Part shown: in pieces, positions 1 through 5,652 of the stretch
How positions within the stretch are numbered: position 1 is the first letter of the stretch
Layout: every line of letters starts with the position of its first letter
IMG/VR virus record: IMGVR_UViG_2531839668_000014
Coordinates: 1-5,652 of that record
DNA: 5,652 nt
Source of the DNA: a virus
Lineage: Duplodnaviria; Heunggongvirae; Uroviricota; Caudoviricetes
Strand: one strand, 5' to 3'
Position numbers and translations under genes: made by a program
Notes under the pieces: model-generated
Told to the model about the DNA's origin: nothing
Database searches by the model: none
What the model saw: the letters and a program-made list of their open reading frames with translations, nothing else

Positions 1-112
1 AACTGAAGTTGCCCTGAAAATGAAATTTTTTTGCACAACCGCAGAACTTTTCCGCAGGGCATCAGTCTTAATTAGTGCCACTGCTTTTCTTTGATGTCCC
101 CATTTTGTGGAG

Positions 113-155
113 CCCATCAACCCCGCCATTTCGGTTCAAGGTTGATGGGTTTTTT
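113..155 (+). terminator. Rho-independent terminator: 10-bp perfect stem CCCATCAACC (113-122) / GGTTGATGGG (140-149), 17-nt loop, then TTTTTT (150-155)
   Basis: Read directly from the sequence. The T-run follows the hairpin only on the plus strand; on the minus strand the hairpin is followed by CTCCACAAAATGG, which is not U-rich. It therefore most likely terminates a plus-strand gene lying to the left of the window, not ogr. Confidence 0.55.
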
Positions 156-235
156 GTTGCCTGAAATTTAAGCTGTTTAAAATCATGATGTTAGAAGCAC
201 TATTCTTTAACGATGGCGACAAAATGGCGGCAGCG

Positions 236-454
236 TCAAAGAGAGAGCGCCACCTGTCCTGATTTCATTGGATGCGGCTGAACCGGATTTGACTCTTTTG
301 GCGTTGCAATCGAACGAACAAAAGTTTCATGGGTAACAAAAGTATGGCTGCAGTTAATGTTCTGGCACTGGTTGTAACGCTCTTTGGTCAATGAAGATAC
401 CTGAAAACTGCTGCGAGTATGGGCGGCACTTCCACACAGTGGGCAAATCATCAT
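236..454 (-). CDS. ogr: Ogr/Delta-family zinc-finger late-gene transcriptional activator (P2 Ogr-like), 72 aa from ATG 454
   Basis: The translation MMICPLCGSAAHTRSS...KERYNQCQNINCSHTF...VQPHP carries the C-x2-C ... C-x4-C zinc-finger spacing and the KERY(H/N)QCQN(V/I)NC motif of P2 Ogr / 186 B / P4 Delta. The ORF track starts at GTG 487 (83 aa), but ATG 454 is preceded by GGGGAGAG 8 nt upstream and gives the canonical 72-aa length. It lies downstream of D, as in P2. Confidence 0.85.
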   Translation of the reverse strand: MMICPLCGSAAHTRSSFQVSSLTKERYNQCQNINCSHTFVTHETFVRSIATPKESNPVQPHPMKSGQVALSL

Positions 455-491
455 TTTTCGAGCTCTCCCCATTTTTGCTAAATTCACAATA

Positions 492-519
492 ATGATACCG
501 CATTATTCCATTTTGAAAA
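492..519 (-). promoter_or_regulatory. Candidate sigma70 promoter for ogr (-35 TTTTCA at 519-514, 16-nt spacer, -10 TATCAT at 497-492)
   Basis: Hexamers read on the minus strand in the D-ogr intergenic region. The -35 is weak, so this is a sequence-only guess. Confidence 0.25.
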
Positions 520-544
520 CTTAAAAGTTTTCCATTGCGAAGAA

Positions 545-1645
545 TCATTCCATTTCGAAATCATCAATCCTCACTTCAAGCTCCAGACTGGTCGTAAAAC
601 CGTTATCCGGGCTGACATTATGCGTCAGGGTGGTAATGGTCCATTCCGCATCATCTATTGGCTGTTTAAAGCCACTGACTTTCACTGGCATTTCCGTGTA
701 GAGATCTGCCCGACCTTCCGCCAGTTGTAGCGAGAATGACGCAACACCGCGTTGCAGGCGTTCCCACTGCATTTTCGCCGCACGTTCGGCGTTGCTCCGG
801 TTGGCATAAGTGCGATTAAGTACCAGCACGTTTTCATCCGTACCCACCAGGTAATCGCCCTGCTTCGCTTCCGGCTCTTTCTTCTGCTTTGCAGTCCTGC
901 GCTTACGCTTCACCGTGGTGCTTTCTTTCTTCGCGGGTTCGCGGGTATGCAACCAGCTGGCAATTACGCCCGTGTAGGCTCCGCGATCTGCCAGGGTAAA
1001 GCGGTGACTGTCGCCGTCCTTACGTGTGATAGTGATAACCGGTAATGGTTTACCACTGGCGCTTTTACCCTGCCCCTGCCGGATGAATAACAGATTGCCA
1101 TTTTTCACCGACGCAATAGCACCGTACTGGCGCGCCAGCCGCATCAGAAAACTGCCGTCACTCTCATTAGTCTGGTCTATATGCTCCACGGGTTTATCCG
1201 ACAGGTCCTCACCCAGTGCCATCTTCAGTTTGTGCCGCGCAGCTATTTCCTTCACCACTTCCCCAACGGTGGTCTTGTGCCACGATTTTTCACGGCGGGT
1301 ATTCAGCGTTTCACGAAAATCAGCACTTCGCGCCCGGATAGTCAGGCGGTCCGGTGCGCCAGTGTGTTCAATCTCGTCCACCGTGAATGCCCCTTTCGGG
1401 AAAAGCGGCTGCCCCTTCCAGCCCAGCGCCAGCGTAATGACCGCACCACGGCGCGGCAGCGCTATTTTTCCATCGGCGTCGTCCAGCTCCAGATCAAGCT
1501 GGTCCGCTTCAAAGCCCCGGTTATCCGTCAGCGTCAGCCTCATCAGGCGGTTATCCAGCACAGTGGTGATATCCCTGCCCTCAATACTGATGCTGAATGC
1601 GGGAGTTTTGTTGCCTTTGTTAAGCAGTTCAGAGCTGAAATTCAC
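545..1645 (-). CDS. D: P2 gpD-like tail protein (late control gene D family), 366 aa
   Basis: The translation contains blocks I recall from P2 gpD (LTLTDNRGFEADQLD, TIRARSADFR, GAYTGV, a lysine/arginine-rich linker, VKVSGFK, GFTTSLELEVR). It starts at GTG 1645, which overlaps the TGA stop of the upstream gene (GTGA), with GGGAGGG 9 nt upstream. The length is close to full-length P2 D. Confidence 0.9.
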   Translation of the reverse strand: MNFSSELLNKGNKTPAFSISIEGRDITTVLDNRLMRLTLTDNRGFEADQLDLELDDADGKIALPRRGAVITLALGWKGQPLFPKGAFTVDEIEHTGAPDRLTIRARSADFRETLNTRREKSWHKTTVGEVVKEIAARHKLKMALGEDLSDKPVEHIDQTNESDGSFLMRLARQYGAIASVKNGNLLFIRQGQGKSASGKPLPVITITRKDGDSHRFTLADRGAYTGVIASWLHTREPAKKESTTVKRKRRTAKQKKEPEAKQGDYLVGTDENVLVLNRTYANRSNAERAAKMQWERLQRGVASFSLQLAEGRADLYTEMPVKVSGFKQPIDDAEWTITTLTHNVSPDNGFTTSLELEVRIDDFEME

Positions 1646-2127
1646 GACAGCAGCCCTCCCACCGTTTTACTGATATCACTTAAGGCAGATGTTGCCGTGT
1701 CCTGCAGATTATTCAGTTGCGTACTGAGATCACCGAACATATCGGACAAGGATTCATCCACCCGTTTGAGCGACAGGGTGAACTCAATCCGGCGCGGCAT
1801 ACCGTCGCGGAAAAACTCCGTTTTAGTCAGATTCAGTCCCTCAATCACATACATGCCGTAAATCGTGCCGCTGCCTTCAATCAGGGGCCATGCTTTTCCC
1901 TGTTCTGCCATCTGCTCCAGAGCCAGCAACGACAGCCTGCCGCCCGTTATCTCCGGCATAAGAACTCCAGAAAGCGTCAGCATGTCGTTGTCCGGTCCCA
2001 GAAACTGCGTGGACGGACGACGGTTTACCCGGCTGTTTGCCGCATGTCGCCAGCTGCGTTGATACTGCAGTTCCTGATACGGAACGGTGCGCAGCATAAA
2101 CACGTACAATCCCAGCACCATCATCAT
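1642..2127 (-). CDS. U: P2 gpU-like tail protein, 161 aa
   Basis: Its size and position between tape measure and D match P2 gpU. The ATG start at 2127 overlaps the stop of the upstream ORF (ATGA). Confidence 0.85.
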   Translation of the reverse strand: MMMVLGLYVFMLRTVPYQELQYQRSWRHAANSRVNRRPSTQFLGPDNDMLTLSGVLMPEITGGRLSLLALEQMAEQGKAWPLIEGSGTIYGMYVIEGLNLTKTEFFRDGMPRRIEFTLSLKRVDESLSDMFGDLSTQLNNLQDTATSALSDISKTVGGLLS

Positions 2128-3404
2128 GCGTCGTATCCCCCCTGATCGCTGTAGTTACTCCTGGCTTTTGCCTTCAGCCTGCGTTCACGTTCATCAAGCT
2201 GGCGTGCCACCTCCCGCGCAATATCCTGCGCACTTTGTCCTGGCTGCGTCTGGATGATGATCTGCGTCGGTGCCTCAATCCGGTAAACGGGCGGCACAGT
2301 GGCTGCGCGACTCACCATCGCTTCACCGCCTTTCGCGGGAAGCGCCACAGGATGCAACGGTGGAAGCTCTGCTGGCGCGGCAGCAACGCCCATCATTCCG
2401 GCAACAACGGCAGCTAGTGCAGCTGTATTTCTCCGGCTGGTCACATTTGCCGGGCCGTTAACAATTTCCGGCCCGTTTTCACCGACGATGCCAAACTGCC
2501 CGCGCGGGATATAGCCGCCGCTGTCATACATCCCCGCAAAGCCATATCCCCATGACGGAAAACCACCCGATGGCATCATCACTTTACCGTCTGCATTCAC
2601 CGTCGCAGGTTGCTGACGCGTCACGCTTTCCGGCAGTTTCGCCTTTGCAGCCTCTTTACTGACAATGCCGAGTTTCTCCAGCAACCAGGAAACGCCGGAT
2701 TTCAGGGAGTCCAGCGGATGCATGACCATATTCAGCCCTTCCGCCAGTGCCTCCCCGAATCGTCGCCCCATTGCCGCTGCACTCTGCAGTTCGGCAGAGG
2801 TCGACTTAACGGGCGTCAGCAGATCAGTAAACCAGCCCCACAGCGCCTGTACTTTGTCGCCAATCCACTGAAACACAGGCTTAAGTGGTTCGAATGCAGC
2901 ACTGATGGGACCTGCCGCCGCTTTGAATCCTTCCACCACGCCGCCGAGAAATGCGGTGATGGGTTGCCAGTATTTCCAGACAACCAGCGCCACGCCCGCC
3001 AGTGCAGTAACCACAAGACCTATCGGACTGAGCAGAGCACCTAACAGACCAGATAACAGGGCTTTCATGCCTGTTTTTTTACCTTCAGCAGTCACTGCGC
3101 CGATGATATTGGTCGTGGTTTCTTCTTCCGTTTCACCCTGCGGCACACGCACAACAACGGTCACGGGTTTTGCCTGGTCAGCGATGGCATCCAGCGAACG
3201 GGCCAGCGTGCCGGACTCACCCGCTTTACCGCTGGCAGTCAGCACATCAGTGATCAGCACGGGTTTATTAAGAGGAAACATTTTTGCATCGGCATCATCG
3301 CCCGTGCAGACCATACCCACGATGGCGGTGCTCACCGTGGTAATGGATCGGGTGCCTTCGTTGATTTCAACAACGCGCACCCCGTGGTGGTAATCCTGAG
3401 CCAT
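2124..3404 (-). CDS. In-frame fusion ORF (426 aa): N-terminal ~115 aa of tail sheath (P2 FI-like) joined to C-terminal ~310 aa of tail tape-measure protein (P2 T-like)
   Basis: The N-terminus MAQDYHHGVRVVEINEGTRSITTVSTAIVGMVCT...FPLNKPVLIT...KPVTVV matches the P2 sheath N-terminus (MSDYHHGVQVLEINEGTR...) as I recall it. After about residue 117 (...GMKALL) the sequence becomes hydrophobic and Gly/Ala-rich, like a tape-measure C-terminal region, and the ORF ends translationally coupled to gpU. A strong RBS (AGGAGG, 9 nt) precedes ATG 3404. At 426 aa it is too short for either a sheath plus tube or an intact tape measure. Confidence 0.75.
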   Translation of the reverse strand: MAQDYHHGVRVVEINEGTRSITTVSTAIVGMVCTGDDADAKMFPLNKPVLITDVLTASGKAGESGTLARSLDAIADQAKPVTVVVRVPQGETEEETTTNIIGAVTAEGKKTGMKALLSGLLGALLSPIGLVVTALAGVALVVWKYWQPITAFLGGVVEGFKAAAGPISAAFEPLKPVFQWIGDKVQALWGWFTDLLTPVKSTSAELQSAAAMGRRFGEALAEGLNMVMHPLDSLKSGVSWLLEKLGIVSKEAAKAKLPESVTRQQPATVNADGKVMMPSGGFPSWGYGFAGMYDSGGYIPRGQFGIVGENGPEIVNGPANVTSRRNTAALAAVVAGMMGVAAAPAELPPLHPVALPAKGGEAMVSRAATVPPVYRIEAPTQIIIQTQPGQSAQDIAREVARQLDERERRLKAKARSNYSDQGGYDA

Positions 3405-3480
3405 AGCGGCGAACCTCCTGATTGGATTAGGCTTCGCCCTATGTTGAAGTGATTGTGCCCGACAAACAGCTAAGTGTAGT

Positions 3481-3498
3481 TGTACAGTTATTCACACA
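3481..3498 (-). promoter_or_regulatory. TGT-N12-ACA dyad, candidate Ogr/Delta binding site of a P2-type late promoter driving the sheath-fusion/U/D operon
   Basis: TGTACAGTTATTCACACA at 3481-3498 lies 78-95 bp upstream of the sheath-type ATG at 3404. P2/186/P4 late promoters carry a TGT-N12-ACA element centred near -55. The -10 hexamer is not confidently assigned (CACAAT at 3457-3452 on the minus strand is one option). Confidence 0.45.
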
Positions 3499-3546
3499 AA
3501 ATGACGGTATTTGTCTACTTGCAGGGATAATCAAAATTATGCTGAT

Positions 3547-4113
3547 TCAGGGGGATTCACTGCTCTTATTTGCCGGAAATTTTCTATAAATGGTAGAAAC
3601 GCCCACATCAAAAATCAGTGCAATACGCTGTCTTGATTCTCCGGCCTCTAGTAAACGTCCAATCTGTGCCCACTGTTCGGTGGTCAACTTAGGACGGCGT
3701 CCACCTACTCTGCCTTTGTCGCGAGCTGCAGCAATCCCCGCTCTGGTACGTTCAACTATCAGTTCGCGTTCCATTTCAGCCAGGGCACCCATGACATGAA
3801 AAAAGAAACGGCCCATTGGGGTACTGGTATCAATACTGTCAGTCAGGCTTCGGAAATTCACGCCACGCTGGCGCAACTCTTCTATCAGCGTAACAAGATG
3901 CCGCATACTGCGTCCCAACCTGTCCAGCTTCCAGACAACCAGCGTGTCTCCTGCCGATAGTGTCCTGAGTAGTTTTTTCAGCCCCGGTCTGTCGGACTTA
4001 GTGCCACTGATTTTGTCCTCAAAAATCCGCTCACATCCCGCGCAGTTCAGTGCATTACGTTGCAAATCGGTGTTCTGGTCATTTGTTGACACGCGTACAT
4101 AGCCAATAAGCAT
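3547..4113 (-). CDS. Serine DNA invertase, Gin/Pin/Cin/Hin family, 188 aa from ATG 4113
   Basis: From the third codon the translation reads MLIGYVRVSTNDQNTDLQRNAL...GDTLVVWKLDRLGRSM...PMGRFFFHVMGALAEMERELI...GRRPKL, near-identical in its motifs to Gin/Pin, including the catalytic serine in VRVSTNDQ and a C-terminal HTH. The ORF track starts at ATG 4119, but the SD AGGGGG is better spaced for ATG 4113, which gives the canonical MLIGY N-terminus. Confidence 0.9.
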   Translation of the reverse strand: MLIGYVRVSTNDQNTDLQRNALNCAGCERIFEDKISGTKSDRPGLKKLLRTLSAGDTLVVWKLDRLGRSMRHLVTLIEELRQRGVNFRSLTDSIDTSTPMGRFFFHVMGALAEMERELIVERTRAGIAAARDKGRVGGRRPKLTTEQWAQIGRLLEAGESRQRIALIFDVGVSTIYRKFPANKSSESP

Positions 4114-4140
4114 GATCATCCCCCTGAATAAAAACCGGAG

Positions 4141-4674
4141 ATGATGCCAGTTAGCTGTTACCTCTGCATTTTCTTAAACGTTGGTTTGGGAGAAGGCTCA
4201 GCATTACCTGTTGGGGTGCCTGTTCCGTGGCCTTCAGCCACTCCGCCAACAGGCTGGTTGAAATGCAATGGTGCGGCTTTTTCTGCTGAAGAATACCCGG
4301 AACTGGCAAAGGCTTACCCGACAAATAAATTGCCTGATTTACGCGGTGAGTTTATTCGTGGCTGGGATGACGGACGTGGAGTGGATAACGGAAGGGGATT
4401 ATTAACGCTTCAGGACGGTGCGATTGTCAGTCATAACCACTATTGGGGAATCTGGACTTCACGAACTAACGACCAGACTCTGGAAAGTTTTACAGGCACC
4501 ACGATTTTAAAACAAATCACGCCCCTGTCTCCGGCCATTGACTTCGATAATTACCCAATTCCCAACCCGGCTATTACAGAGGGTGGTGTTGTTGCGGCAA
4601 CGACTAAACCTGCAGGTGCGAATGAAACACGCCCACGAAATGTCGCTTTTAACTATATTGTGAGGGCTGCATAA
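4141..4674 (+). CDS. Tail-fibre C-terminal variable (receptor-binding) cassette, Mu S / P1 S / P2 H C-terminus-like; silent alternate cassette in this orientation
   Basis: It contains PVGVPVPWPS...GW...G..F...YP.L...YP...LPDLRGEFIRGW and ends NVAFNYIVRAA, matching the Mu S C-terminal ending (NIAFNYIVRLA) as I recall it. The frame is open across the crossover site. The ATG at 4141 has GGAG immediately adjacent with no spacer, so independent initiation is unlikely; the functional extent is probably about 4195-4674. Confidence 0.7.
   Translation: MMPVSCYLCIFLNVGLGEGSALPVGVPVPWPSATPPTGWLKCNGAAFSAEEYPELAKAYPTNKLPDLRGEFIRGWDDGRGVDNGRGLLTLQDGAIVSHNHYWGIWTSRTNDQTLESFTGTTILKQITPLSPAIDFDNYPIPNPAITEGGVVAATTKPAGANETRPRNVAFNYIVRAA
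4169..4194. other. gix/cix/hix-like 26-bp invertase crossover site (TTTTCTTAAACG-TT-GGTTTGGGAGAA), left boundary of the invertible segment
   Basis: On the bottom strand this reads TTCTCCCAAACC-AA-CGTTTAAGAAAA. One half-site matches the recalled TTATCCAAAACC half-site at 10 of 12 positions, with the inner AAACC/GGTTT-type palindrome and a 2-bp core. It sits between the invertase start and the fibre C-terminal cassette, just upstream of the conserved LPVGVPVPWPS start of the variable fibre domain, as in the Mu G segment. Confidence 0.5.
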
Positions 4675-5276
4675 TGAATAACGCAGAATTAAACAGTGAA
4701 TTAATTGCCACTATGGCAGGAGAAATTACTGTTTATAACTTTGATGTCATGAGTCGGGAATATATTTCAGCTTCAACTGAATATCTTGCTATTGGTGTCG
4801 GCATTCCGGCATATTCCTGTTTAGATGCCCCAGGCGCATACAAAGCTGGTTATGCAATCTGCCGATCTGCAGATTTTAACTCATGGGAATATGTGCCAGA
4901 CCATCGCGGTGAAATCGTCTTTAGCACCGAAACAGGAGAATCAAAAGAAATCACAGCTCCGGGTGATTACCCTGATAATACAACCACTATCGCCCCGTTA
5001 ACGCCATACGATAAATGGGATGGTGAGAAATGGGTGACAGATACTGAGGCACAGCATAATGCCGCAGTAGACGCGGCAGAAGCACTGCGCCAGTCACTTA
5101 TTGATGCAGCAATGGCTTCCATTAGTCTGATTCAACTGAAACTACAGGCCGGACGGAAGCTGACGCAGGCAGAAACCACCCGACTTAACGCTGTGCTGGA
5201 TTACATTGACGCGGTGACGGCAACAGATACCAGCACCGCGCCGGATGTCATCTGGCCTGAACTGCCGGAGGCGTAG
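4674..5276 (+). CDS. Tail fibre assembly chaperone (Tfa; Mu U / P2 G / lambda Tfa family), alternate cassette, 200 aa
   Basis: The start overlaps the upstream stop (TAATG), with GAGGG 6-7 nt upstream. The C-terminal motif RLNAVLDYIDAV...APDVIWPELP is typical of Tfa chaperones, and the gene is positioned directly after the fibre C-terminal cassette. Confidence 0.8.
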   Translation: MNNAELNSELIATMAGEITVYNFDVMSREYISASTEYLAIGVGIPAYSCLDAPGAYKAGYAICRSADFNSWEYVPDHRGEIVFSTETGESKEITAPGDYPDNTTTIAPLTPYDKWDGEKWVTDTEAQHNAAVDAAEALRQSLIDAAMASISLIQLKLQAGRKLTQAETTRLNAVLDYIDAVTATDTSTAPDVIWPELPEA

Positions 5277-5652
5277 GCCATTCAATATCTGGCGCACTGG
5301 AGGAATCAACCAGTTCCAGTGCGTCCAGATAATCCAGCCACAAATTATATTGCGCCAGTTCATCATCTTTCAGACGACCAATAGCGGCTTTACCGGGCCA
5401 TTGCTTACTGTTCATGTATTCGTTGGCCTGGTTAATTAGTAGCTGTCTTTCTGATTCAGTAATTTCAATAAGTTCTTCATGCGTGGGTGGAGGAATATCT
5501 GCCCACGCAGGCAGCCCATCATCTCCGGCAATACGGATTTTTCCTTGTGGCGGTTCAGCCATAAACTCACTGATAATATTTTGATTTACTTCCTTAGCGT
5601 CTGATAAATCCCATCCCTCTGATTTATATTTATCAATCATATCCACAGGGAA
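5248..5652 (-). CDS. Tail fibre assembly chaperone (Tfa), opposite orientation and probably the currently expressed copy; 5' end at or beyond the window edge
   Basis: The C-terminal motif QYNLWLDYLDAL...SAPDIEWPTPP parallels the plus-strand Tfa. The frame remains open to the window end (the ORF track starts at GTG 5646; an ATG lies at 5640), so the true start is uncertain. Confidence 0.7.
   Translation of the reverse strand, partial: FPVDMIDKYKSEGWDLSDAKEVNQNIISEFMAEPPQGKIRIAGDDGLPAWADIPPPTHEELIEITESERQLLINQANEYMNSKQWPGKAAIGRLKDDELAQYNLWLDYLDALELVDSSSAPDIEWPTPPAVQAR

Larger units (their letters stand above)
157..5652 (-). mobile_element. P2-like prophage, late/tail end (fibre switch, invertase, sheath/tape-measure fusion, U, D, ogr); defective because of an internal tail-module deletion
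   Basis: Gene order and orientation match P2 (H-G ... FI FII E T U D ogr), with tube, E/E' and most of sheath and tape measure missing. The left boundary is uncertain and lies somewhere between the terminator and ogr. Confidence 0.75.
4169..5652. mobile_element. Invertible tail-fibre host-range segment (Mu G / P1 C / e14 P-segment type), left portion only; the right boundary is outside the window
   Basis: An adjacent Gin-family invertase, a gix-like site, and two convergent Tfa genes with one fibre C-terminal cassette facing away from any constant fibre gene. Confidence 0.6.

Noticed and set aside
236-487. The 83-aa GTG-initiated version of Ogr
   Set aside because: The canonical 72-aa protein starts at ATG 454, which has a well-spaced SD; the GTG extension runs through the likely ogr promoter.
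500-530. Small AT-rich hairpin (GAAAAC-TTTTAA-GTTTTC on the minus strand) between D and ogr as a terminator
   Set aside because: The stem is only 6 bp and AT-rich, with no downstream U-run; read-through from D into ogr is more plausible.
354-548. 64-aa minus-strand ORF overlapping ogr in another frame
   Set aside because: It overlaps the conserved Ogr reading frame and runs through the D-ogr intergenic promoter region, so it is almost certainly not a gene.
752-2145. Plus-strand ORFs of 65-226 aa (752-1045, 1026-1673, 1181-1861, 1717-2145, 1865-2062) lying antisense to D and U
   Set aside because: They sit entirely inside well-supported minus-strand tail genes, have low-complexity Arg/Ser/Pro-rich translations typical of antisense frames, and have no recognisable motifs.
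2235-3393. ORFs overlapping the fusion gene (plus-strand 2235-2417, 2270-2461, 2299-2514, 2610-3044, 2665-2871, 2905-3393; minus-strand alternate frame 2816-3016)
   Set aside because: Shadow ORFs in a GC-rich coding region; none has an RBS context or recognisable motifs.
3590-3799. 69-aa plus-strand ORF antisense to the invertase
   Set aside because: It lies inside the highly conserved invertase coding sequence and has no supporting features.
5142-5439. Short ORFs (minus-strand 5142-5366, plus-strand 5245-5439) overlapping the two Tfa genes
   Set aside because: Alternate-frame shadows of the Tfa coding regions.
1-5652. CRISPR arrays, tRNA/rRNA genes, toxin-antitoxin or dedicated anti-phage defence operons
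   Set aside because: No direct-repeat/spacer periodicity, no RNA-gene-like structure and no unexplained ORFs. Every sizeable ORF is accounted for by the P2-like tail and switch module, and the P2 Z/fun cargo position is occupied by the invertase and invertible segment rather than a defence gene.

Overview
The window is the late/tail end of a defective P2-like prophage, all read on the minus strand except one silent tail-fibre cassette. From right to left: an invertible tail-fibre segment (a Tfa chaperone gene on the minus strand, plus a silent alternate Tfa and Mu S-like fibre C-terminal cassette on the plus strand, bounded on the left by a gix/hix-like crossover site), a Gin/Pin/Cin-family serine DNA invertase, a P2-type late promoter dyad (TGT-N12-ACA), an in-frame fusion ORF joining the tail sheath N-terminus to the tape-measure C-terminus, then gpU, gpD and the Ogr zinc-finger late activator. 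A plus-strand intrinsic terminator at 113-155 probably belongs to flanking DNA. The most notable features are the sheath/tape-measure deletion fusion and the Mu-type host-range switch. I see no CRISPR array, RNA gene, or recognisable defence or toxin system; this looks like a known type of element rather than a new system. All homology calls are from memory of the P2, Mu and invertase protein families and were not checked against any database.
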